A stretch of 63,036 bases of DNA, filler included, from Choristocarpus tenellus KU-1152 (GCA_964200185.2; 12 parts of 12 records of this genome joined end to end with filler, not necessarily neighbours in it), one strand, 5' to 3'. Shown: positions 38,600 through 51,897, counted from the whole stretch's first letter. The notes: generated from the sequence alone by a model not told the origin. Numbers and translations: made by a program.

Positions 38600-41400
38600 A
38601 AGACAACCCACGCTTGCCCCTCTGTACGTATTGTACCTGCCAAAGAGTAGTCAAACCTTGAATGGAAGACGATTGTCTGTACTTGGTAACCTACAACTCA
38701 AGCAGGAGTTACAAGGAAACAACCTCCTGGAGCTGGAATTTGCCTTGGGACGAAAGAAGACAAAACGATAGCAGGACCACAAGGACGGGGTTCGTGGGCT
38801 TGGAAACGGAGAAGTACAACAAGAGGCGAAACAAAGGTGGGCGGTTGAAACAACCCTTGCCTCAATTGAGCTGTTCCTTTGAAAAGAATCTTGAGAAGCA
38901 CCCTATCCAAGGCCCCAAGGATCCTGACGCTCCCACTACAAGGTCGACCTGGTCCGCACCAAGTAAGCACTTCCGTTAGCACTCTCCGTGTTCAACTGCA
39001 CTAGTGGGAGATCTCTTTTATTTGAGGAACTGCTCTTATAAGGGACGAGTTTTTTATTGTCGAATAGTTACAATTTCCCTCTACAGTATAGTGAAACGGC
39101 AGCGACAATGTACAGTTGGGATTATAGTGTGGTTTCCTCCAATGGAGCACTCGTCCAGAAATTTCCACCAATCAATCATGGTTGTGTCGTTCTATTGAGA
39201 TTAGGAATTAGAGACTTCATTCTCAATTCAGCCTCGGTCCTCCCTATTGGATGTCAACATGGGCGAGCATCTTACTGTTGTGAAGGGAACGAGGGAAGGC
39301 CAGGTCGTGGTCGGCAATGCCTGGGTCGTTCCCGTTTGAATATTTGATCTCGTGTTCTTCTCCTACCTCTCTCTGGTTTATCCTCGGTGGGGAAACCCAC
39401 CTGTCGGATCGGTTTCCACCCCTGGGAAGGTCAGTTCATCTTGAATGCCCACTGTGAGTCTCGAGTCTTTCCTGTAGGAGTTTGGCGAGCGTATGATGTC
39501 TGTACACGTTTACGTGGCGGAAGTGAACTCGCAACCGTTCACGGACTCGGAGTCTACTGAACGATGTGATTGGCACTGAATGGAAAATATGGTTGTACCG
39601 AGTGATAGGGAAACCTTTTGCACAAGAGAGAGAAAGTTATCACAAATTGCAGTGATGATCTTTTACACTGCTCAGGGGTTTCAAATGTTGTGCAGAAGGT
39701 ACGTTATGGGTTCCAATGCCTCAACCTTGCTGAAATTTCAGAAGGAAAATTGGTGCAATGCTTGTTCAAACCCTCCCATCCCTGTGCAAGCACGTTTTGA
39801 ACGCCTCGTCCAATTTTCGAAACAGGACAACTAATGCCCTAACGCAAACTGGCAACCTCTGTTGAGTATCCTCGAGAAGTACTTGAAAATGTAGGTACTT
39901 GAAACATAACGTGCTGATGCAAAGTTTTGCTGCCTTGTAAATCCGAGTGGAATGGTCAATATGAGTAGGGTCGCTATGTTCCTTCAGCCGTACAGTCAGA
40001 ATGATCAATTGATCTTGTATCCCAAGGTGAATGCGAGGCAAGGTTGAAATGTGCCTCACGACTTTGTACTTGCACCTATTCATGGTGGCCACATTTGAGG
40101 AGGATAGAGAGTCTATATAATGATGGAGTTTGAAGCACTGTCTAGGCTTGCAAATACTAGGAGAATGTACGAGAACAGGTAAGCTTATCTATTGTCAGTT
40201 CCCCTGGTTGGTACTGTTACCATTACATCTCTTCATGGATATGCCCAGTAACCCTGATCCGGTGTGTTAGGCAACGATGTAATCCTGACATTACTATATA
40301 TGGCTCATTGCAGATGTTGCTGAAGGATGAGGAGTCCGTGGAGCAGCCCCTCGATTTTGCTCTACCAGCAGCAGTACCCAAGGTGGCAGTGCACACCCAA
40401 CCAATCATAACCATTCAGAACATGCAACCCCACACACCCTCTTATTAATGGTTGATTTCAATCCAGGAGCCTCTCATTTCGTCTAGTGTATTGAAGTTCA
40501 AATGGTCCAGTTCAGGACCCCAAGCCATTGTGTCTCTTTTTTCTATTCTGTATGATATGATTGTCGATTCAAATTGAAGAACGCAAGCCATATCCCAGTC
40601 TTCCTCCATGATAATGAGGCTGATATGTTGTGTTCATATTTACTTTTCTTTTTCCTTCTTGTCTCGGGTGTTGTATTGCAAGCTACCTTTCAACAACTCT
40701 TGGGAGCACACAGTGATCGTCAAACTTCACACGTGCAACCCTACCTACATGCTCTCTCTCTCTCTCTCTGTCTGACCCGGGTAAGCTCAAACGGAATTTG
40801 GAAAAGACATTTGGCACACTGTCCAGGTGGTTCCCATCCTTCTGGAGGGGGGACAGGGCCGTTGAAAGGAGTAGTGCAAAATCGAGGCCAAATATGATGT
40901 TCTTGCACACTCGATCGTCAGTACTTCAAAGCGGTGCCTGGACACTTACGCAACGTCAGGCTCTGGACCTACTTCATGTACTAGGTTTCAACTAGGTGGT
41001 ACACAATTTTACAAGATTCAGTTACAGGGTTGATTTTCATTTGCACACCTCTTTGGACCCACAATCAGCATTGTTTCTTACCTTGCCATCTACATTGCAG
41101 TTGACATGTTAATTTCTCACACATGATAACCTCTTTCTTTAACCTGCCACTGGCAACTGTGATGGAGGAAAAGGGTTGGAGAGAGAGGCTCCACATACAC
41201 ACCGTGTACCCCCTATTCTCACCTCAAATGCAAAGGTTACCATCACATGCCAACTTCAAAGCATGCACATTGCCTGCCGGAGCATCCCCTTTGTGCAGTA
41301 TGAATTGATTCGACTGACTTCAGACAATTCCTCACAGAGGGCACAATATAGCATCTACATGTTGTTCCAGATCACACTATATATCGTTACCCCTAACAAA
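38600..41400. mobile_element. Very decayed retroelement-like sequence (possibly copia)
   Basis: Weak motif echoes only (SRPNMMF resembling RPDI.F at about 40880; SVNGCEF on the minus strand at about 39540); no long ORF. Confidence 0.25.
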
Positions 41401-41889
41401 CAACCCCTAAACCAAGGCGGCTCCTCATTGTTGTGATCCTTGAGCTCATTTGAAATCTCCCTCACTTGCCTGTACTCCTTAACATGATATTCTCAAGCAC
41501 TTGTCTGTATATAGGTAAATACTTGGTAGTTTAAATTTCAAGAATGAACAAGCATTCAGGAGTAAGGTCATACACACCACAAGAAACTACATAAGAACCT
41601 GGTATGAGACACCTATGATAGGTCTTTGACACACGCTCTTAAAGTTGGGTCAGATGGTGTGATGGTGGGACAGACACAGCAAGAGGGATAGGTGCTGCGG
41701 ACCCTAGTTGATTTGTGATATGTCTGATTATTGCGGTGCCAAGGANNNNNNNNNNNNNNNNNNNNNNNNNNNNNNNNNNNNNNNNNNNNTTAATTAATTA
41801 ANNNNNNNNNNNNNNNNNNNNNNNNNNNNNNNNNNNNNNNNNNNNAGGGTGAAGTTGTGCTGACCGCGCACTGGGGAGGCGCCAAGCGG

Positions 41890-42068
41890 GGTGGGGGGCG
41901 GGGGGGGGGGGGGGGGGTCTACACCAGGGTGTCCATTTGGGCCATAACCAGGAAAAGTGCACTTACATTGTTCGTATGATGTATGCCACCAAATCACCCA
42001 AAAATCGTGGCATGAAAAATTGTCCCCAAATGGACAGTCGCTACCCCCCCCCTCAGATACTTTGAGCC
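41890..42068. mobile_element. MITE family B near contig start
   Basis: G-tract-TCTACACCAGGGTGTCCATTTGG…CCAAATGGACAG…C-tract-AGATACTTTGAGCC. Confidence 0.85.
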
Positions 42069-42520
42069 AGACATGGAGGCTTCTTCTGTGCCTGATAAAA
42101 TTGTGAAAGATGAAATCCGTCAAGGATTCCAAATCTTCTTTCAGAAATGAATTTCATCAACACCTTCAAAGGTTATGGGCAACGCGGCACAGACTTATGG
42201 CACGGAGGTAGTATAATTTCTCAAGAATGTTTGCTCCCCTCCCAATGTATATAAATATGTGTACAATCAAGACTCAATTTTACATAACAAATCACTGTCT
42301 ACCCTCCTGCTTGCCACCACAAGTGATTGAACCCCCCACCCCGCCCCCTCCAGTCCTTTCTCATTGTCTCATTGTGTAGTTTATCCTTCCTCTCAATGCA
42401 TGCTCTGACTAACCCTCACATCCACCATGTCTCCTCCAAGTAGTTGAATATAGGGATTTGATCCCTTACGCCTCATCCCCCCCCCTCTACATTGCCCCTC
42501 CCCCCCCTCCATGGAATCAG

Positions 42521-42726
42521 ACCTCAAAACCTTGAAGGGGGGACTTGAGATGTTGGACCCCCCTTTCTACAAGTCAAAGGCCATGCTCAAGGCAGACATG
42601 CTTCTCATGCTGTCCAACTGCCAAACGTACAATGCCAAGAGCACAGTGTACTTCAAACATGCAGTGGCACTGACAACAGTGGTTGAGGATGTATTTGCTG
42701 CAAGTTCTTCCACCACCTCTACATGA
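42521..42726 (+). CDS. Terminal exon encoding the C-terminal half of a bromodomain (GCN5-like position)
   Basis: CAG acceptor, then DLKTL…FYKSKAMLKADMLLMLSNCQTYNAKSTVYFKHA; bromodomain D..L...NC..YN motif directly before the stop. Confidence 0.8.
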
Positions 42727-45700
42727 ATGTGATCTAAATAATTTGAACCAGAATGTAGGACCACTCTTGGGTTACTGCCAGAGATGCTGTGTATTTGGCA
42801 AAACATGTTTTTTACCCTCGTACTTGCTTCATGGGTCAGAGGAAGACATACACATCATTTATTGACTGGAAAATGTCTTACTGGTGTATACAGGGCTTTT
42901 ATGTGGCGAGTGGGGGAAGGGGAAGGGGGAAGTACTTTGGTTGCTGGTTTAGTGCACAGTGGTGTTGTTGCCTGGACCACTGTAGCACCATAAATGCGGA
43001 TGACCCTTGCCAGCAAGACGAACAAAGATGCGGGGGGTGGGAAATGTTTGGGTTTATGTGCTGCTATGGGGTGTGATGCCTGGGGGTTGGGATGCTTGTG
43101 GTGACAGGGAACGACTGAAGCAGTAATGAATCTGCAATTTTAGTGATGTAACGTGGTTGTAGATGCTCCCTGATGTCTTGTGTTCATATATAGAAATATG
43201 ATGATTAGATGTCTTTGTGTATGCTTTTTACATATGGTAGGTGATATGTAGAGGGATGTTAAGAACAAATGCTGCTTTCTTACAGATAATATATAGTTTG
43301 TAGTGGAAAAATTCCAAGCCAGGGAACGCGATGAGTTACCGATGGTTGCCTTTCGTTTCACTGTCAAATTGACATGATACAGGTAAACAAATTACAGCCT
43401 TGTGACAGGTGTGACTTTGGGTACTTTCACCTGTACCAGTGACCCTGGACTTAATCTTGGACTTGGATCCAGCACTGTGGCCTGAGATTCAGACCTGGAC
43501 ACAACATTGGGCCTTATCTCGGACCTCAACAGGCATTTTCCAGTGTTGGCCAAGTGCTGTGGTGCCTCTCCATATATTCCACACCACCTGGGCAGATGTG
43601 TTCAGCATTCTCACATCCATGGATATAGTTAGGCTACCATCAAACCGTCCAAGGCTTGGTTTACTTCACCACATTTCACCCAAGCACTTCGCTTTGGTGG
43701 CAGCATGTCAATACTCTTGCAGACTACTCCAGTGCTGCACAGCAAGAGGCCTGGATAGCCCACTGTCATGTGGGAGGACTTCTGTACTCTCACTAGCCTA
43801 GATGAACATTAAGGAGGTACCTGAAGATGATGCCAGCATGACTGAATGCCTGTGGCCTTGCGCTCAGACCCGGCCCTGTACCCTACCTGTGCTTGGACCC
43901 AAGCCTGGGCTTTTGTGCTGCAGCATCAAAGATCAGGCTGGACCCTATTCTACAGCTTCTGAAGGGGAAAACGACCTGGTACTATTACGGCTAAGTAGGG
44001 CCCAGTGTAGAAGTCTGGATTGTTGTTCTGCCTCTTTGCCAAGAATGATTTCAAGCTATTGGATGTAACACGATCAGATCAATGGATGTGTCACCCACCA
44101 CATTCTCCTCCAAACTTGGTAATTGTCTGTGATTTTTGATCTAGAAATAGAATGCATGTGTATGGCAGCAAGGCTTGTGGTCTGACTTGTTTCTTGCTGA
44201 GAGCGATATTGGATATGCTTCTGCATAAAGGTTAATTGTGTATGCAGTCATGTTTTGTAAATGATGTATTATGTACTTTACAGTGGGCTAGTAGAACGAA
44301 TTGCCCATGTAGTGTTTGTTGTAATGTTCTTATTTGTCAATGTAAAAAATGACATGTCTTCATTTCGCTGCTGCGGTACGCCTATGCATTTGTGTTACAA
44401 GCACTGTGTGTAATAGTAATATCTATTCATGGAGTACATGATTACAATACTTGACAAATCCTTTAAGTGCTCGTTCACTCTTCATCACCAAGGGTATCTG
44501 ACTCTTCCTCCTATCTGTCCCTCTACAATTGCTTCCCATGCACAATACAAATCCTAAGTAGATACCCCCATATGCGCTTGCTTTTCAACCCATATGCTAC
44601 TATATGGTACTGAGTATTCACACGCAATGAGTATTAAAGGCGATATCGTATACCCCTAACAAATGAGACAATATGTGTTCCTGATTTAGTTTCACCAACA
44701 CCAGAATTGTGGTGATGTAATTTGCTCATCTCCTTGGGGAAGAAATGAAGACAAGTAAACCAGACAGGGCAGTTGTATGTGTCCCCAGTAAAGAAGTATG
44801 GTAAGATTGCACAATGGCTAGAGTAAACTGAAACATTTGAACATTCCACCTGTAAACGTATGCTAAGATGTACCCCTCCATTGTTATATCTCCTGTTTAT
44901 TTTTGTCCAACCATATTGTGAAGGATTTGTCAGCCTGCCTTTAGCACCAACCACTGCCGCAGACTCACCTTCAACACCATCTTGATTACCATAGTTGGAC
45001 TGAGCTTATTGCACGGGCATTCCTGCAATACGTAGCCTTTTTTTTCCCATGGCGAGAAAGACACAAAACTTCCAACGTGGACACAAGTTGTACACCCCAT
45101 TGTGATCCAGCGTATGGCGAGGGACAAAAAACCTGTGTACTTTCTTTGCACTGAGTAGACATTTTCTCCCCTCATCACCATACCTTTCAACACCCTGTGA
45201 ACACCACCCTTCACATTCACTATGCATATGTCCCATCAAAATGATGTCGGGGGTGAAGGTTACATGCATGTCTATGAACCTGTGACAATAGCTCTGTGCA
45301 CGCAAAATATGCTCATTTTGCACCATCATTACAATGGTTTCTTAGAGTGCTGTCTCCATAAGAAGCTGTTCAAAAACAGTGTATGTAATCCACAGTTTCA
45401 TGCTGCACACTGTTCACAGGCTCTTGCTTAGGGCCCTTGGGCAGGACAACATGGGGGATACCGTCTACGATTCTTAGACAGTATCAACCGCGCACGGGAC
45501 TTTCCTTGCCCAACCTTAGGAAGGAAGATTCAAAATAGTGTTTGCATACACAGCATGCGTACATTATCCAACATGCCCAAACCCAAGCTTAATGTTTTCC
45601 TGGAAGACTGCAATGCTTGCAGCTGTTCCTTTTGCTTGCACTTTGAACTCACACAAAACTTCCATAAACTTGACCCACATATTGAGCTATGCATGCAACT

Positions 45701-46995
45701 GTTCAAATTGGAAAGGTGATACTGGTTTTTGATGATGTTACAAGAGTTGTGATTACGAAAAGGGATACCATCCATCTTTATCCCTCCATCAGTGAGCACT
45801 ACCCAATGCAGAGTTTTTTTGGGGTAGGAGAGTTGGACTTCTTGGAGATGGCATACACTGTGATTTGGAACAAGCCCCTAATGTTGATCCTATACACCCT
45901 CCAGTTGTTCCGGGGCCAGAGGCTAGGCCGAGCAAGACGATTGGTAGCCAGGAAGGGAAGTAATTGTATGGACCATCCTGTCTGAAACCTCTTCTATTTT
46001 CTATAAAAATGATCACAATACAAAAGGATCACAAAGGGCTTCCCCACCACCCATTACACATTACACATCTCCAGAGGCAGGTATGGATCTGTCTGATGCT
46101 TGTTGCTGGAGTCTTTGGGTCGAGAGACCTTATTAAATCATGAGCAGGGTGTCCGGTATGTTCTCCTACACAGATATGATGACCAAGAAGAAGACCAGCT
46201 AGAGGATGGGAACGAGGTACAAAGAACATGAGGAATCAAGCTGGGAGATGCTAGGCGTAGCTGAAATACCACAGCACAACACGCATGTTGCCCGTGCTGA
46301 AAATTCCCAGTATCGTGCAACAAAGAGGCTAAGTGGCTACACCAGAACATCCCCTTGCAAACTGTGATTATGTGGACCCAATACCCCTAAGGAAGGATAG
46401 ATCCATGCATGGGACGAATCCCCTAAATTCAAACGAAAAAATTGGTTACATATTTGCGGCGCAACTTCCCTCACCCCCTTATTAGCAAAAATGTGTGCGG
46501 CACCATCTGCCCCAGTCTTGCTCATCTCTGCGTTACCATTGCCATGTCCTCTTCCTCTCACCTTGTTCTGTTTCCCCATCTGTATCGACGTAGCTTAGCA
46601 GCATGATTGACTCTTGCTTGCCACTCTTCCTGCTACCGAACCTTAATCCATCCAAGTCGCAAGGATCAACTCTATTTTCTGGGTGCTTTGCTCGACATAA
46701 AAAAACTGGACAGAGGATGACTAAAGTAATATCTCTACCTGGGGACAAATGCGTGGATAAACACACATGAAATGTGAACGCGTCCAAGTAACGCTACACA
46801 CCAATATGTTCACTTACCTATGGAAGGCTGGGGAGGGATAGACATGGACAACTCCAAGACAAGATATTCAATCACACCGTATAATAAAGACTTGGCTGCA
46901 CAGTACTGCTACATATCACATGCAATCTGTAATGCACTGGGGTACTTCGACGGATCCTAAATTTATACAAGGCTAGAGGCTACACTTTGTTTAAG

Positions 46996-47015
46996 GGTGG
47001 TGTTTAGAAAACACC
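46996..47015 (-). promoter_or_regulatory. Histone mRNA 3' stem-loop
   Basis: GGTGTT-TTCTA-AACACC-ACC on the H4 strand, about 70 nt after the stop. Confidence 0.75.
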
Positions 47016-47083
47016 AGGTGTTGTGAAGAGTGCCACGTGAGAATTGTAAGCACTTCCTACAGTTGAGGAAGAAAGCTTCAGCC

Positions 47084-47259
<176 letters not shown>

Positions 47260-47370
47260 NNNNNNNNNNNNNNNNNNNNNNNNNNNNNNNNNNNNNNNNN
47301 NNNTTAATTAATTAANNNNNNNNNNNNNNNNNNNNNNNNNNNNNNNNNNNNNNNNNNNNCTGGTGCAGAC

Positions 47371-47396
47371 TTCCCCCCCCCCAGATACTTTGGGTC
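47371..47396. mobile_element. MITE family B end at contig start
   Basis: C-tract-AGATACTTTGGGTC. Confidence 0.75.
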
Positions 47397-47412
47397 TGGA
47401 GCCAGTGTGGAC

Positions 47413-48183
47413 TGTTGAAACCTGAATCGAATGCATCGTACATGTAAGCAAAACACGTAGACTACGAGCGATGAGGAATCATGGTGTTGCAAAGCACCGA
47501 TGAGTAGTATGTGTAGTCTACGTTATGGATAGATGTGGTTGTGCTGCAAAGCACCGATGTATATATTCTGTTGTAACTGATGAGGTCATTGATCTTTCAG
47601 TCAAGAATGATGTGATGTGAATTCAGTATTCTTGGTTGCTCAATCCAAAATGATATGATGTGAATTCAGTGTTCTTTCATGAGATACTCAACGAAAGAAG
47701 TCCATGCTCTGAGGAGAGGCTTGTTACCTTGGCTGGCAAGGGTTTCCGCGGATGGTTTTGACTCTAATTATATTACATCCAGGTGTACAGCTGGTACACT
47801 TCTTGTAGAGTGAGCTTGGTGCAATTGTGAGGGATCAATCGCAGTCACGAAAGAAATAATAATCAACCATCAACGAATAACTGTCATCTTCTGGTGATGA
47901 GAAGAAAGAGTGAAAGAAAAACAAACAAGGGAACAACAGAACAAACTTGAATCAATATGTGATGCAACTCAAGTGGCGTATACTCAAGTGGCGTATACTA
48001 TACTATTTGTGTGGAACGCAGAGCGACTGCTCTGTACTACGCTGTTCTGATGGTAATTGATATGGTGATAATGAACTTGTGACAGTAACATCCAGAACGT
48101 AACAGACCAATCAACAGTCAGTGTTGACTGGTGGAACTGTATCGTATCAAGGAACCAACAGATGAGTGACCTATGGCTTAACA
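47413..48183 (-). mobile_element. Solo LTR, 771 bp, with 5-bp TSD TGGAC
   Basis: TGTTGAA…TTAACA ends; TGGAC on both flanks (47408-47412, 48184-48188); partial copies at 19979-20100 and 51613-51876. Confidence 0.88.
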
Positions 48184-48638
48184 TGGACAAGGGTCAAACT
48201 CGCGGGCCTCGACTCAACCTCTAGAACCAGCATGCAAGATCCCCCCTCTGGAATTTAAGCTCACAGTCAGCTGATCCCTAGGGAGGGAGGAGACTCTATC
48301 CAACAGGTGTCCAGTGGCAGGGTGGAGAACGCAAAATGTTGATACCAGACATGCCCATACCTGCCCCAGGGCAGGGGGACAAGTACGACAGCACACTCCA
48401 AAGATGACACGCCTGCACCAACTATGCAAGGGGATGGGCATCCCTTGCACTATGGAGGGCGGCAGCCCTTTCACAGTGGACAGGAATCTCGCATAGATCT
48501 GGTGCTCCATGCAGCACCACTGGTGGACACCGGAACAGCCCCCTACAGGGACAAAGGACTTCTGCTAGATGTCACATTCGCAGAGGTACAGGCAACCTCC
48601 CCCTAACCCACTCATCCACAGGCAATGGTGTAGCTGCT

Positions 48639-48899
48639 GAGCTAAAGTATCTTAGAGGGTAGGGCCGCGTCCATTTGGGGGCCAAGTCCAATGTTGCGAT
48701 TTTGATGCAATCTTGGCTATCGTGTTTGTTAGGAAGTGTCAATATCCTTGTTCCGGACACACCTTTTTCATAACGTATACATTTTACCTACTCCAAAGGG
48801 TTTTGGAGTAGGAAAATGTCATTAAGAAATACATGGGGAGCCAACCCCCAAATGGACAAAAACAGGGCAAAACCTGTAACCTCTAAGATGCTTTCACTC
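48639..48899 (+). mobile_element. MITE family A
   Basis: GAGCTAAAGTATCTTAGAGGGTA…AACCTCTAAGATGCTTTCACTC. Confidence 0.88.
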
Positions 48900-49168
48900 T
48901 TACGTCAATTGCTGAGAATTGAGGATTATTAACTAATGCACTTTATGAAGCATCTACTTGAAACAGGACCAAAGTGATCAGGTGAGTACCAAATCACCTG
49001 CATCCTATGTTACCTTTTGGATTCTTACGTTAAAAGGGTCTCATAGAACTTCCATCGAAAGGTTCTATCCAATGGTTAATGAGTCAAGCTCTCGCACACA
49101 ACCCCCCTCCCTATGTACACAATATACAACCGGTATGCGACACAGATTCAGGAAGCAGCGTCCCATCT

Positions 49169-49429
49169 GAGTCAAAGCATCTTAGAGGGCATAGAGTCGC
49201 GTCCGTTTGGGGTCCAAAATTCAATGTTGACAGTTTGATGTAATTTTGGTCATCACGTTTTTAGGAAGTGTCAATATCCTTGTTCCGACCAACCTTTTCA
49301 TAACACATAAACATTTTACCTACTCCAAAACATTTCGGAGTAGGCAAAATGTCATAAAAAACCCGTGGGAATCCAAGTTCCAAATGGACAAACAGGGCAA
49401 AATTCCTACCCTCTAAGATACTTTCACTC
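49169..49429 (+). mobile_element. MITE family A
   Basis: GAGTCAAAGCATCTTAGAGGG…TACCCTCTAAGATACTTTCACTC. Confidence 0.88.
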
Positions 49430-51612
49430 TGCTGCTGCAGCCGAAGCGCGAAAATGCACCCATTACGAGGGCTCTTTTTATCCTCGTAGTTACAACCTCA
49501 ACACCTTCGAAGGGGAATTTTTTGGGCGCCTCGGCAAGCAAGCGGAATGCTTCCTGGATGAGCTGGCTACTCATATGGTAGGGGGGAGAGGAGCGGGAGG
49601 ATATTGCAGGAAAGGAGTAGCTAAATCCCGGCTACACCAGATTGTCTCGGTAACTGCACAAGTGGCACTGTCTAGATGTGCCATGCGTTTTAAGCTGGAA
49701 TCACCAGGGAGATGGGCGCGGAGGGGTTTATTGGATTCTTGGGATGCCTCCCTAGCTCCTCCCCCCGGGGTACAGGTATAGGTAGATTGGAGACACAGGA
49801 ACGCAGTAGTACAACATATATAGTGGTGAAGTAACAAATAGATTAGTGTCTTTCACATTTATGGCATTTTATTTCTTTATAGCTAATAACGACATATATA
49901 TATAGTTTTCATTGGTTTCCCCCCTGACACATCTACAAAATGTCAGAGGGCATAATAATATAAAAAATATATCCATTGTTATCAGGACGTTTTTCGAAGT
50001 TGTAACAACACACACCTACATAAGTTATAGGAAACGTACTTAAAACCGAATATAACAAATGAAAAACTACTCTCTGGCATCAACAATGTCCAACCTCTCT
50101 AGCACAAGATCTTCATGGACGTAGGTACTGGATTGATGAACGAAAGGGTGACATACGAATACGGATACAGATTGTACCCTGTCCGACACTGTGTCTCTCT
50201 TCTGTATTGCGGTAATGTAGGACTCGTCCAGAAACAGGCCCGTGTAGGAACGTCTTGCTCTGTACTGTACCGTTCTACAACAAGCTGAATATTTCGCCCC
50301 TTGCCATTCTCCCATTTCACCTCATAGGGGTAGCTGACTCGCTCCTCTCCAACCCTCACTGTGTATCGGGGCTGGTATTTGGTCACGATCCTTTACATCC
50401 ACTGATCGTCCTATCAAAAGTACAGTCCCTTGTCCTTGGCTCTTGCGTGAAATGTTTTCCTTCCTCATCCAAATCCGGCACAACCCTCAGTGCCGGTTCT
50501 AGGAAGACGTATCCCTCGGTATCCTTCTCCTCCTTTCTACGCTTCACCTGGTGATCCATCTACATATGCAGTGTTGGATGGGACCCTCGGCTGCAGCTTC
50601 GTCACGGTCCCTCTTCTCCTTCTCTCGTAGTTGTTCTGCCCCTCCTCGATCTCTTCCTCTTTCATGTACGACTTCAGCCCAGGCGGCAAGGAGTTCTCAC
50701 CTTTATCTCCTCCTTCGTAACCTACAGAATAAATATATGCCCCAGAGTCGTCTACATCAACATCGCTGACCTCCCCCCGCACAACAGCATCCCCACTCCC
50801 GCATAGGATGAAAACCTGGTGCCTTGGACAAACTTGGGACGTGTGTCCGAGACTGCGTTGCCTTTAGAAGCAAACAGGTATCCCGCCGAGGGATTGCTGA
50901 CTGGATTCCGATGTAAGCCTTCTGGTATTGTCCAGTCAGGATGGTGAGCGTGTCGTCTATGTTGTTGTGATGAAGGTGTGTGAATTCAGGGATGAGGATA
51001 GCCTGAAGGGAAACGACATGGGGACCCGTTTGTGCGTCATGCAGCGCCACAACGATTTTTGGTGTTTTTAAGGAAGGGTAATGGGGGCGACCGTGAAGAT
51101 GACTGTGTAAGACAGTAATGTTGAGGTGGAGGGGTGTTGTTTGACCCCCGTGATAAGAACCGAAAAAAACAAAGAATGTCGTGAACTCCTGAACAGAAAG
51201 AAATCTGTACAAAATAGTGAAAGTTTATGAAGGAATCTGAGTTTTATGGGCGGAAGAATTCTAGTTAGCGGGGGGCACAGTGGAAGGGAGAGGACAGTGA
51301 GAAAAAAAATAATTAGCAAGAGGGTGAACGAATAGTTAAGTACTGAGTGGCTAGGAGAGGGAGGAGAGAAGTTAAAGAAACGAGTGGTAGACGGAGGCTC
51401 GAGGGAAGAAGGAATGGCCAGTATTGAAAATAATACCTAGGGCTGATGGTACAGGACGAGGACGGCTAGAACAAGACATCCTCTGAACAAGCGTTCGCCG
51501 GAGTAGATCAAGACAGAAACCGAGCAATCTTTCCTACCTTTGAAAGAGCGAAAGACCCTATGGAAAAGGCGGGGATGCTTGAGAATCAGATATATAAATG
51601 GTGGGAAAAACC

Positions 51613-51876
51613 TGTCGAAACCTGAGTCGAATGCATCGTACATATAAGCAAAATGCACAGACTGCAAGCGAGGAGGAATCATGGTGTTGCAAAGTACCAA
51701 TGAGTAATATGCGTAGTCTATGTTATGGATAGATGTGGTTGTGCTGCAAAGCACCGGTGTATATATTCTGTTGTAACTGAGGACATTGATCTCTCAGTCA
51801 AAAATGATGCGATGTGACTTCAGTATTTCTGGTTGCTCAATCCAAAATGAGGTGATATGAATTCATTGTTCTTTCA
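51613..51876 (-). mobile_element. Partial copy of the 771-bp LTR
   Basis: Collinear with 47413-47679; interrupted by a MITE B end. Confidence 0.85.
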
Positions 51877-51897
51877 GACCAAACGTATCTGGGGGGG
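51877..51897. mobile_element. MITE family B end at contig break
   Basis: GACCAAACGTATCTGGGGGGG. Confidence 0.7.

Larger units (their letters stand above)
48250..49970 (+). mobile_element. CRE-like non-LTR retrotransposon 3' region (Zn knuckle plus restriction-like endonuclease), split by an insertion at 48639-49429
   Basis: HAHTC…RQH, RIDL…LLLDVTF, then AAAEARK..HY…FEGEFFGRLG..A..FL.ELA…IVS: the PD-(D/E)xK RLE layout of early-branching non-LTR elements. Confidence 0.75.

Noticed and set aside
43420-46800. Possible genes among many short ORFs
   Set aside because: There is no coherent splice pattern and only faint retroelement echoes, too degraded to classify
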